A DNA stretch of 64,000 nt. Source: Phaeosaccion multiseriatum (lineage: Eukaryota > Protista > Ochrophyta, other classes). Below are positions 11,983-23,662 of this stretch, piece after piece (positions within the stretch are counted from its first letter, which is position 1; each line of letters starts with the position of its first letter). The position numbers were made by a program, and so were the translations under genes. The notes under the pieces were generated by a model. It saw only the letters and a program-made list of their open reading frames with translations. It was not told the DNA's origin and searched no databases. The DNA lies in contig OZ218955.1 in the NCBI GenBank assembly GCA_965112735.1, positions 3,782,001-3,846,000 of the forward strand. Reading direction: 5' to 3'.

Positions 11983-14900
11983 CCCCCACCTGCCACGCAG
12001 ACCCAGCTCTGATCCGGGAAGGCTTGTATTTGATAGTCGCGATGCTGAGTGGCAGGTCGGAGCCCGGCGTACACGCCCACGGGGCAGAGCTTCATCCCCT
12101 GCAGCACTCGCTTGGCCTCCGACGTGAGCCGCTGGATGGTGCGCTGAGACAGGTGCGGAGGGGGGGGGGAAGTTATTACGTTACCGACGACGTTACTGAC
12201 TACGTTACGACGTTCCTACCAGTACAGACTAGCTGGGCTCTCGCCAGGTGGAAAGGGCAGTAACAGAGGAGGGGCAGGCCCGGGGAGGGAGGAGGGGGGG
12301 GTTCCCTTTCCCAGCGCTGTACCGGACCTGCTCGACGAGCGACTTACTATCTCTCTATCTATCTGTCTGTCTATCTATCTCTCTATCTATCTGTCTATTT
12401 ATCTATCGACAAGTGACTTACGACATGCCCATCTACCTACTACATACAGATATCGACTCCATTTATGGTGTTCGATATTCACTCCTCCTCCTCCTCCTCC
12501 TCCTCCTCTAAGGTCACATCAACTGAAAACTGAAAACTGAAAACCTGCTACTACAAGTACTCACGGGATCGATGGAGGGGTGCTCCCGCTCACTCACGTC
12601 CTCGGCAGTGGGGCCGCAGACAAGGTGTCCGTAGGAGGAGGGGAACACGTACACACCCTTGGTGCGGTCAGAGGGCACGGGCTGAATGGGGCAGCTCAGC
12701 GTCTGATGGGAAGGGAGGAAGGGGTGGGGGAGAGGGGAGGGTGAGGAGCGGAGGGGAGGGGAGAGGGGAGGGGAGGGTGAGGAGCGGAGCGGAGGGGAGG
12801 GGAGGTGCGGGGAGGGAAGGGGAGAGAAGGGAAGGGGGGGGGAGGGGAGGGGAGGGGAGGGGAGGGGGGGCAGCGGGGAAGTGCGCTCAGTCCGCCATCC
12901 GACAAGCACCGTGCCACCTGCCCATATGCCCGTCTCATGAAGGCAGCTTTGGCCTCGTGGCGGCCTACCCTGGTACCTTATCCTTAGCTTACATGGGCAG
13001 TACCTTATCCTTAGCTTACATGGGGCACACGAGTATAGGGCTTACAGGCATTTGGGCAGATGGGCAGGCCTACCTTGTCCTTGGGGGCGGCGAACACCAC
13101 GTACTGGCCCTTTCTCGGCCGATTGGAGAAGGCGGGGGACGGGCTGCGGATCTGCAGGTATATAGGCGGGATTATAGGTGGGCAGAGACACATAGAGGGG
13201 AGGGGGGGGGGGCACGGAAGGGGCACGGACAGTTACAGTTGGAGGCAGGCCGCAGGTTGGCAGAGCTGACCACCCCTTTACCGAGAGCAGAGCTCACCAA
13301 CCCTTTACCGAGGAAAGGACTTGACCCGCGGCCAATCGGAGATGGGGCAGAGTGACACGGGCAGCCAGAGCATAGAGGAGCAGCGGTGCGGACGAGGCCG
13401 AGCACGCACCGCACCTGCTCGACTCACAACACTCTTTCACTCACTGGATGGACTCACTCAACACACACACCTGCTCGACTCACAACACTCTTTCACTCAC
13501 TGGATGGACTCACTCAACACACACACCTGCTCGACTCACAACACTCTTTCACTCACTGGATGGACTCACTCAACACACACACCTGCTCGACTCACAACAC
13601 TCTTTCACTCACTGGATGGACTCACTCAACACACACACCTGCTCGACTCACAACACTCTTTCACTCACTGGATGGACTCACTCAACACACACACCTGCTC
13701 GACTCACAACACTCTTTCACTCACTGGATGGACTCACTCAACACACACACCTGCTCGACTCACTGCACTCTTTCACTCACTGGATGGACTCACTCAACAC
13801 ACACACCTGCTCGACTCGGTCAGCGAAGTTGCCTGCCGCGTTGATGACGAGGGAGGCGCGCACGTCCCCGCGGGAGGTGTGCAGAGTCCAGCCCCGCCAT
13901 CGACCACCACCCGTCTGCCCCTCCCTGCCGCCCTCTTCCTCCTCCTCTTCCTCCTCCTCCTCCTCCCCCCTCTCCCCACCCTTAACTTCGCAGCCACGCA
14001 GGATCGTTGCTCCATGCTGCAGCGCGTGGCGTGCGAAGGCGATTCCGGCGAGCCAGGGGTCAATCAGGCTCTCTCCAGGCACGAAGGCGCCTCCTAGCGC
14101 GGCTGAGCTGAGGTGCGGCTGCCCGGCGGGGGAGGGAGGGCAGAGAGAGAGAAGTTTTATATATAGATAGGAAGACAAGGAGCCAAGACTGAGGGCCGCG
14201 CGATTGACTGAGAGGGGCGGCTGAGTATGTCAGCGAGATGTGGTAGGTTGTGGCGTGTGGTGTGGTGTGATGTGATGTGTTGTGCGGTGTGGTGTGGTGC
14301 CGCTCCTCTCACCTCCTTGAGCCTCAGAGCCGCTTGGTCCAGCACCTTCGCTCCGACGTCTCCCACTGCGTGGCAGGCCTCCACCACCTCACTCCTGTAC
14401 AGAGGGCCGGACAGCGACGCGCAATCAATCCATGAAGAGCGAAAGGGAAAGAGAAGGTCAAGACGCCACCCCGAGAGAGGAGAGACGAAGGGGGGGCTTC
14501 TCGACTCGAAAGCTTCAGGCGCCCCTCCGTGTTACTACAGCAAAGGCGTAGACGCTGACAACAAGGCCACGGCAGACGGTGAGCCGGTGGTCTGACTCGG
14601 GGCTCCCTGCAGATTTAGAGATCACAGGCCAGGGCCCACTTACAGCTTTGGAAGGTCTTCCTCCTTCCAGGCCACGACGAGAGAGCCGGTTCTCTTGATT
14701 GGCACCCCCAGCGCTGCGAAAACGGAATCGCGACTCGACACGGAGAGGCGAAGGCATTGGCGCTCCAGGCTGCGGGAGGCGATACACGGCAGGCACAAGG
14801 CACAAGGGACAGGGGAGAAAAAAGCAGGAAAGAGAGGGTGACGGGGAGAGATAGAGGAAAGAAATACGGAACTATGGAACAAAAGGCCAGTGGGAAGGGA

Positions 14901-15123
14901 CGGAGGCGCACCTTCCCATAGGCGCGTCGTATCCGGTGCACAAAATCCCGCTATTTCCTCCACTCGCCCCGCCTAGAAGCTGCTCGTCCTTCTCAAGGCA
15001 AACCACCCTCAGGCCATCGTAGTGGCACGTCAGCATCCTGAGAAGCGCTAGCCCCACCACGCCCCCGCCAATGATGGCGCAATCGTAAGCACCTCCCTCC
15101 ATCGGGCCCTTATCATTGTTCAT
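11233..15123 (-). CDS. FAD-dependent oxidoreductase, DAO superfamily (GlpA/LhgO-like); ~8 exons
   Basis: Rossmann motif DCAIIGGGVVG, LEKDEQLLGGASGGNSGILCTGYDAP, GSLVVAW, GESLIDPW, VINAAGNFAD, PRKGQYVVF, TKGVYVFPSSYGHLVCGPTAED, YAGLRPA, GIRSTGLSASIGIAEYV, spread over GT-AG-bounded exons. Confidence 0.88.
11868..11982. repeat. (AAAG)n microsatellite in oxidoreductase intron
   Basis: Direct reading. Confidence 0.95.
13413..13817. repeat. 56-bp tandem repeat x7 plus partial, spanning the exon/donor junction of an oxidoreductase intron
   Basis: ACCTGCTCGACTC recurs at 13413, 13469, 13525, 13581, 13637, 13693, 13749, 13805. Confidence 0.97.
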
Positions 15124-15380
15124 CGGCCCCGATTCCGGCCGTTTTTGTTTTTTTCTCGTCTTTTGCTTCCTGAAGCAAAATGGTGATTGGCCTGTTGGTT
15201 CTCCATCCCAACCTTTTTTAATCTTCCACGTCCCCTCTTCCTCTCTTCCTCTACTTGGCCTCGATGCTGAGAGAATAAGAAGCACGTGGGAGAGAAATTT
15301 TGATGCTGCTTCTGGATGTGCACCTGTGGACCAGCTCTTTGCTTCTTCTATGCTGCTGGAGGAGAGGGGCAGCGCTCCAT

Positions 15381-17031
15381 ATGGCAGAGTTGCAAACTCT
15401 CAGAGGAAACCTTTTGCGTGGGAATGCTGCTGACGGTGCTGCCTCGGCGTGGTTTGAGGACGAAGCGGTGAACCATCCGGATCGGCTCTCTTACATCGTC
15501 GCAAGGCCCGAAACAGCATTGCAGCAGGAGGAACAGCAACAGCAACCGGAAGCGGTTGGGTCGAAGAAGAGAAGGAGGGCTTGTGTGGCGCTTGTGATGC
15601 GACAGCAGCACCTTCCATTTGGAGAGACTTGTCCTCACTGCGGTACCATCGGAGACACGTGCCTCGTTTTGTTGCTGATGAAGAGAGCCGTCAGCGAGAA
15701 TGACCCGTGGTCGGGCCACATCTGCCTACCGGGTGAGTGACACTGACAGACCCGGCCTGTGGCAGCGACTTCCTGTGAGCCTGAAGCTCTCGGGCTGTGG
15801 TCTCTTGTCTTGGGGGGGGGTTGTTGGGGTCCTTGTCTCGCTCTCGCGCAGTATCTGTCCAACTACAGATCGCACTGAATTGCTGCAGCTCCACTCAAGG
15901 CTCAATGAGGGCCAACAGCCTTCCCATCTCAATCGCACCCTCCCGTTCTTTGACTCTGCAGGAGGCAAGCAGGAAGCGGGCGAGTTGGACATTCAGACAG
16001 CGGTGCGGGAGGTGCAGGAGGAAGTGGGCCTGCATCTGAGCCCCAAACGCTTCGCCTTCCTGGGCTGCCTGCCGGAGCGACGGACCTTCGGGGGCCGCAT
16101 CGTGGTGAAACCACATGGTGAGTGCGAGAGTACGATGAGGTGAGATAGAGACAGGGAGGGGGGAGGAGGAGAGAGAGAGGGGGGGGGTGGAAAGGGAGAG
16201 AGGAAGAGGGAGGAGGGTAAGAAGAGAGAGGGGTGGGGGATGGGAGACAGAAACAAAGAGAGTCGAGAGAGAAGAAGGAGGAGGGGACGAAGAGAGAGAG
16301 AGAGAGAGCCGGACACTCCCGCACGAACGCCCCGCTCGCCCCGCCACCCTCACCCCTCCTCCTGCTCGACAGTGTTCCTCCAAACGGACTCGGAGGACGC
16401 CCCTTTGACACTACAGGCATCAGAGGCGCAGGCGGCGTGGTGGGTGTGCGGGAGACGTCTTGTATACAAGGAGGGGGACGGGTCCATCGCCTTTCCCTAC
16501 CGGAGCCTCAAGGGCCCCTCCCGGAGGAAGAAGGGCGTGTTGGAGGTGCTTCTGTCTGCGCTGCTCGGGGGCCTGCTGGTGTCCTTCCCTTCCATTGAGC
16601 TGCCGCCGCCGCCGCCGCCACCACCACCACCACCACCATCACGGAGCCTGCCGCAGGGATCCCACGACGGGAGCACCGCGAGTTGCAGCACCGCGATGAG
16701 CAGCACGAGCAGCGGTAGAGACGGTACGAACAGCAGCCCCAGCGACATGAGCACGGCGAGCGACAGTTTCGTTCTCTGGGGCCTGACACTCGCCGTCGTC
16801 GGAGACCTGCTGGCCCTCACCAAGGCGGGGCACGAGCCTTCCCAAGGCGCCTCCTGCACCGACCATGTTAGGGCAGCACGCCTCGCCAACCCCCTGGCCA
16901 ACGCGGTGTACCAACTTGCCAAGGGCGTGTATCGCTTCGTGTTGCGCCTGTACCTGGCCCTCGTCAACTGCGTGCTCTGTGTGTCTGGGTTCGTGTGCCG
17001 GCGGGATGGGGGGAAGGTGAAGGTTGTTTAG
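15381..17031 (+). CDS. Nudix hydrolase, CoA pyrophosphatase (NUDT7/8-like) type; exons ~15381-15732, 15962-16117, 16373-17031
   Basis: KRAVSENDPWSGHICLPGG followed by Nudix box GGKQEAGELDIQTAVREVQEEVGL across an intron; C-terminal FVLWGLT motif. Confidence 0.85.
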
Positions 17032-18763
17032 ACTACAAGACATGACGCCATCCTTCTGGCTTTCTCTCGAGGCGGTGGGGAAGGTTTGCTTCGAATCAAT
17101 GCCCCCTGCTATTCTGCCAAGTGTTGGGCAGCTTTTGTAGCGGTCGGCCTTTCGGGCAGTCCTCCTGGGCACAGTATCGTACGCGAGGGCGCTCGACTTT
17201 GAAGAGTCAAATTTGAGATCTCCTTGCGGGGCTCGTTCGGCGTACGCACACACAGAGCAGATGGCAGGTGATGACAGAGGGATGGCAGTAGAAGAGAGGG
17301 GAGGGATGGGGTGGAGGACACACATCAGCAGTGCTGGACAGACACTGCCTGCTCGCGTGGCCGTCGTGCAGGTCATTCATCGGCGTTGTCACGGCAAGGG
17401 AGGACAGGGCAGGGTACGGAGGGTAGGCCAGGGTAGAGGCATATGGACAGGGCAGGGAGTATCCTTTGTAGTAAGAGTCCCTTCTCCTCCCATTCCTTCC
17501 TCCCTCCCCTCTTCTCACCTGTAGTCTCTCTGCCCGTCGCCCCATGCAACGCCACACCCAAGCCCTCCTCGCTCTGACGCTAATTTGTGTTCCTCTTCCT
17601 GGCATGCCTCAGGCGATCAACGACCTCAACGACCTTCCTGCGGTGGTCCACTTGCTTCCCTCGTCCAGGCACACCAGCTTCAACAGGGTCCTGATGAACA
17701 CCTCCCTGGGCTCACAGCCAGGGGGGGCCAGGAGTAGCGGCCATTCTGAAGTAAGAGAGACCAAAGGGGTAGACTCGAGTGTTTGTGCTGCTGCTCTATG
17801 CGCACAACATCAAGAAGGAGGGCCTAGGCCTGGTGAAGGGAAGGGGGACGGGGAGGGTGGGTGGGCGCGGAGTTGACAAGTGGAAGGGAAGCCTTATTTT
17901 CTCCCAGCAGCTCAGGAGAAGGAAGCGGCGGCGGTGGCGGCCGTGAGCGATGAGGGTGATGGATTGATGGATTTGGTTTGTACACCACCCCCTCTCCACC
18001 TGCCGGCCGTGCCCGTCAGTCAGTCAGCCGATCAGTATGTGTGTGTGTGTATCGAAGCTTCTGATGAGATGGAACACAGGCAATCGTGCGGACAGTCCTT
18101 CACGGAGACTGCGGGCTCATCCTCTCCTCTGCCTCCCAACACCACCAACACCACCACCTTACCTCCTTTCTTTCTTTTTTTTTGGAAAAACTAAAAGCAG
18201 TCTTAATTAAAATCACTGCTCTCTCTCTATATGGTAACTCTGCTGAACGAACGAAAGTGCGTTGGGGGAAAGCCCCGCCCTTTGCCCTTGCACAGACGAA
18301 GCAAAGGCCACCACCTCCCCCCCCCCTGGCGTACCTCGCACAACCAACCCGTGCATGTATACCGCGCCAGAAAAGGCAAATACCTCGCTCCTCCCTCTTA
18401 CTAGCTCTTACGTAAGAGGCCTGGCCCGTCCCCGGTCCCGGGCGAAGGAGGCAGAGACTCAAGAGATCAAACCACCTCCCCCCCCCCGCCAACAACTCGC
18501 AAATTCCGCCTAGATCGCTCTGTCTCTCTCTCTCTCTGTGGCAGCAGCAGCAAAACACACCAACCCAAACACAAACCCGCCTCCACCCGCCCACCCGCCC
18601 GCCCGCCTTCTCCCCCTCCCCTGCAGCCTCCCCTGGGGGTGCCTCGGTGCTTCTTCCTTCAGACCCGCCCTTCTCTAGGTTGACTGATGTCCCCACCAGC
18701 AGCGTTGACTGATGTCCCCATCAGCAGCACTACCCTAGCAAGTCCCTCCCCCTTCTATTCTGC

Positions 18764-20344
18764 TCACACGATGCCGCCGTGGTTGTTGATGCTGCTGCCG
18801 CCGCTCCCCTTGCCCCCGTCGATGGGCTCGTAGCCCGAGAAGGAGCGCGGATCCTCTACCACGGGTATGAAGCGCATGGCCATACCCAGGGGGATAGCCA
18901 CCAGACCAAGCCCGGAACTGACGAGCCACTGCGTCACCGACAGGCCTGCCGTCTGCGTGAACTCACCGCCGATCTGAATGACGAAGATCTGGAAGGCGAT
19001 GGTGAGGACAATAACGGTTATGAACATGCCGTTGGTGGCCAGGCCCTCAAACACATTGACCTTGTCGAAGATGGACCTCGCATTGAACTCGTTGAAGATT
19101 TGGCAAAACACAAAGGCGTTGAAGATGATGGAGTAGTGGACGTAGTCGTACTTTTCGCAGTCCAGACACGTGTCATCAAACTCATCCAAGTAGTCGTAGT
19201 TGTCCTCGTAGCACACGCGGTTGTCGGCCCCCCCTATGCAGGAGGGGAAGGTGGTGCCTCCACTGGCCCCTCCCGTCTCAAAGAAGGAGCAGGTGATGGA
19301 GCCGCTAGCGTCGTTGCGCGCCCCGCTAACATCCCACGCGGCCCCGTCTCCGCCGTCCATCTCCCACTTCTTGCACGGGTTGTTGGGTCCCACGCTGGGG
19401 AAAATGGAGCGAATGTCAAAGAGCAGCCACAGCAGCAGCGCCAGCTGGTAAATCGACTGCACCGCAATGTTGCGAATCATGGGCCGAGAAATTAGCAGCG
19501 CGTTGCGTCCGTAGGGGCGGCGCTCCAGCAGAGCAAGCGTGGGCGACTCCGTGCCCAAGGCCAGGGCCCCCATAGTGTCCATAATGAGGTTCACCCACAG
19601 CATCATGACCGCGTTGAGGGGAGGGTCGAAGCCTGCCACCGACCCGATAAACACGAGCAGCAGCGCCACCACGTTCACCGTGAGCTGAAACTGCAAAAAC
19701 TTGCGAATATTGTCGTACACCGAGCGCCCCCACATGATGGCTCGTACAATCGAAGAGAACTTGTCGTCAAGAATCACGATATCCGAGGCGTTTTGGGCCA
19801 CCTTGGTCCCCGTGATACCCATTGCCAACCCAACGTTGGCCGCCTTGAGCGCAGGCGCGTCGTTGGTCCCGTCCCCCGTTACCCCCACCACCTCCCCTCC
19901 ACCCGGGTTGCGCTCCTCCCACTCCTGTCGCATGCCCGGAAGCAGTGTGTGCTTGAGCTCCTCAAAGTTCAGGCCCTTGCTCCCGTCATGGTCGTGCATC
20001 TCTCTCCACTGGGCCTCGTTGGTGGGGATGCCCACTCCGTTGAGGCGCGTCACGAGCAGGTACTTGTCGTTCGGAGTGGACCTGGCGAGCACCTGCAGAC
20101 GGGGCAAGATTTCGTCCAGCTGCTTGGGAGTCAGCGCCCTGTGTGTGTGTGTGTGTGTGTGTGTGTGACAGTAGAGTGTCAGTCAAGAGGGGATGGGAGG
20201 GAGCAAGGAGCAATGAGCAAGGAGAGATATGGCCGAGGCAGGCATATCCGCATGGGCAGCATGTTGGTGCGTCATCAAAAGAAAACGCGAGTCCTTTCAG
20301 TTCAGCAGCGTGCGGTGCCGCTACTACTGCTACTACTAATACTG

Positions 20345-20382
<38 letters not shown>

Positions 20383-22623
20383 GCTGCTATCGCTCCTCCT
20401 CCTCCTCCTCCTCCTTTTCCGCCCCCCGACACCCACGCACCTAAACTCCGGCCCCGTCATGGCGAGGCCCCTGTCGTCCTGGTAGATGCCGCAGTCCCGC
20501 GCGATGGCCCTAGCGGTGTCGATGTTGTCTCCCGTGACCATCCTCACCATGACTCCGGCGTGCTGCGCCTGCCTCACAGCTTCCTTGACATCGTCTCTGA
20601 GGGGGTCCATAATGCCCACGATGGCGTCACAGCACAGCGTGTTGGAGTCCGGAGAGTTCTCCTGATGGACATTGATTCGCAGGGATGGGGGTTAGCGGCA
20701 GCGGCAACTGAAACTGAAACCGTTTCTCGCCCCACTTCCTTGCCTTCTTTTCTATTTTCTCGATCCCAACGAATCCACACATCGATCCGCATCCCACCCC
20801 TCACCCCTGACACGTGATTACTGGAGTCTCATGAAACTGAAACTGAAACCCCTCACTCGTTCCCTTACCTTGTAGTCAGCGGGCAGCTCATCCTCCGACG
20901 CGTAGTCCCTGTGGGCGATAAGCAGCGTCCTTAGCGCTCGGTTGGCCATGGCTGTAATCTGCTCCCCCAACTCGGCTCTCTTCTCGGCCGTCATGATCTG
21001 CGGCTGGCCTGACTGGTCGCTGTAGTGGCTGCAGAGCCCGAGCACGTCCTCGCTGGCGCCCTTGAGGAAGAAGCGTAGGCCGGTCCCGTTCTTGTCGACT
21101 GAAGAGGGCCCCGGCTTCTTGGTGATGAGGCAGGAAGAGCGCTTCTTCTTGCTATTGAAGGGGTACTCCACGTCCATGGCAGGGTCAAACAGCTGTTTCT
21201 TGACTGCCTCTGCGTTGCAACCCCATTCCGTGGCCAGCAACACTAGAGAACCCTCCGTGGCGTTTCCAATGACCTTGGGCTTGTGCAAATTCTTGCCGTC
21301 GGAGTCAGTGAAATGCACCTCCACACTCCTGTTGACGGCAACATGCTGAGTGATAATCTCCAAGGCCGGGGGGGAGAGGCTACTGGGGAGGCGGATGTTG
21401 TCTTCTGTGAGGTGCTGGTCGAAGAACCAACCCTCCACCACGGTCATCTGGTTCATGGTGAGGGTGCCCGTCTTGTCGCTGCAAATGTTGGTGGCGTTGC
21501 CCATTGTCTCGCACGCCGCCAGCACGCGAATGAGGTTCTGATCGGCGTACATTTTGCGTGTGCTGTAGGCGAGCGAGATGGTCACAGCAAGCGGCAGGCC
21601 CTCGGGAATGGCCACCACGATAATGGTAACCCCGATGATGAACGCCTCGATGACGTGGTGCAGCACGTCCTCGCCGTCGTGTTGTGTCCAGATCATAATC
21701 AGAAGCGCGGAGAAGGTAAGGATGGCAAAGAAGAAGCCAATGTACCCAATGAGGGTGGCCATGCGGTCAAGCTTGTCCTGCAGAGGGGTGGTGGTAGGCG
21801 GCTTGGACAGCTTGGCCTTGATCTTGCCCCACTGACTGCTCTCCCCCACAGCGGCCACCATCATGCGCACCTCTGCGGACCGCCCCACCTCCGTCACCGT
21901 GCAGGACGAATACAGAAACATGTCCCCCGCCGCAGACTTTTCAAGGTCGTCCGGCTCCCCTGTGAGTCCCGACTCGTTACTCTTGACGCCCTCGCCCTCG
22001 AACACAATGCCGTCTGCAGGGATGCCGTCCCCCGGCTTGAGAAACACGACATCCCCCACCACCAAGTCCTCCGGGTGCAGCTGCTGCGTCTCCCCGTTGC
22101 GCAGCACTACACAGCGCTCTGCCCCTTCTGACGTCTTCTCCAGGGCGCGGAACTGCAACTCCTTTGTGTAGTCATTGCCCGCCGTGACCAGGGCCACAAT
22201 CAGCACGGCGATGAGAATGGCCACCCCCTCGATCCACCCCGTCTCGGAGTCCTCGGCAGCTACACCCACAACGAGCGAGACCACCGCGGCTGCGATAAGC
22301 ACTAGCAGAATGGTGTCATTAAAGCTCTCCACAAACAGCTTCCAGAAGCCCTTCATGGGCACCTCAGGGAAGCTGTTTCGACCGTACATCTCCCTCAACT
22401 CCTCGGCCTGCTCCGGTGAAACGCCTGTCGTCAGGTCTACACCCAGGTTGGCCGCCAGAGCCAAGGTGCCCCCAAACTGGTCGTTGAGATGCACCTTGTT
22501 CTCCTCGAGCTCCTGGGCGGACTTGATCAAGTCGCGCATCTGCACCAACGGGATTCGCGGGTGCGAGGCCAGCCGGTGCGTCTTGTACAGCAGGTTCTGG
22601 TTGGCTTCTGTACGTATCATCAT
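18764..22623 (-). CDS. P-type Ca2+-ATPase, P2B (PMCA/ACA-like); exons 22623-20869, 20661-20441, 20138-18764 (~1116 aa)
   Basis: [73 protein letters not shown]. Confidence 0.97.
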
Positions 22624-23662
22624 GACAGCGGCGCGGGCGTGGGGGTGGGTTGTTGGGTGTGCGGGTGGTCGGGAGGTTTTGCATCAGTTGGACATCAGGT
22701 CCGTTTGACGCGCGTCAACACGGCCAGCCGGCGCCGTAGGGTGGGGATGGCAGAGAGGGGATCGGAAGAGGCGTGCACGAGAATATGAGGGCATGAAGAC
22801 CGAGCACTGAGAGAGGGAGAGGGGCTTCGGCAAAAGGACACAAAAGTAAATTTTGGTCCACCACACTACGACACGCCTCACGCAGCCACGTCTCACACTC
22901 CGACCACTCGGGTGGGGACTGCCATTGCGTGCCGCAGAGGGAAACTCCCGTAGCAGGAGGTGCAAATGGGCCGGCTGTGGCACATCAGCATCAAACCCTG
23001 CGGCTCGCTCCTCCTCACTCTGCTGCTGGGTCCCAACTCCTCCACAGCCCAGCCTCTCCACCCACCTCGCTCGTCGGACATGTTCTCCAGCCCATCCTTC
23101 TCCTCGCCGATGTCACCCCCCTCGACCTTAGCGGAGGGGCCTTGGAAATCCGGTCCTGGCGCCATTACCAGCCCCCCCCCCCGATCGACGACGGCCGAGT
23201 ACGTCTCACAAAGAGAGTGATTTGGCCGCAGAGGAGTTAGCGCCCTTCAAACGGACAGCCAAGCCTTGCTCGTCCTTAACAACTACCCCCGATGCCTTTC
23301 TCCCTCTGTCCGTCCTTCGCTCCTCGGCCTGCCCAACTAGCCCCGAGCGACTCTCTCCCTTTGCGGCTACAATGACACTGTACCATGAGAAGACGTACAT
23401 AGAATGTCCTTGATTCATTACGTAATCTTTACGTAAGCAATAGTTTTGTGTATGTCAATGAACGGTTGGCGCGGCCCGGCCCATCGGAAAAAAAAAAGAC
23501 TTGCAGGGCACAAGAAAGAAGGCCAGTCTTCACACCAGCCGGACTTAACCTTCATTTCCCTCTGAAAAAGAAGAGCCGCCTCTCCTCCGAACACGCGTGA
23601 CGGCGCACGAGGTCTGAGGAGAATGTAAAGAGCCTGTGAAGAGAAGAGAAAGGCGTACCACC

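Noticed and set aside
12328-12436. Two 15-nt micro-exons (VDGHV, SLVEQ) in the oxidoreductase
   Set aside because: Extending the previous exon to the GTGAGT donor at 12564 (AEDVSEREHPSIDP|RTIQRL) gives a simpler and more family-like sequence.
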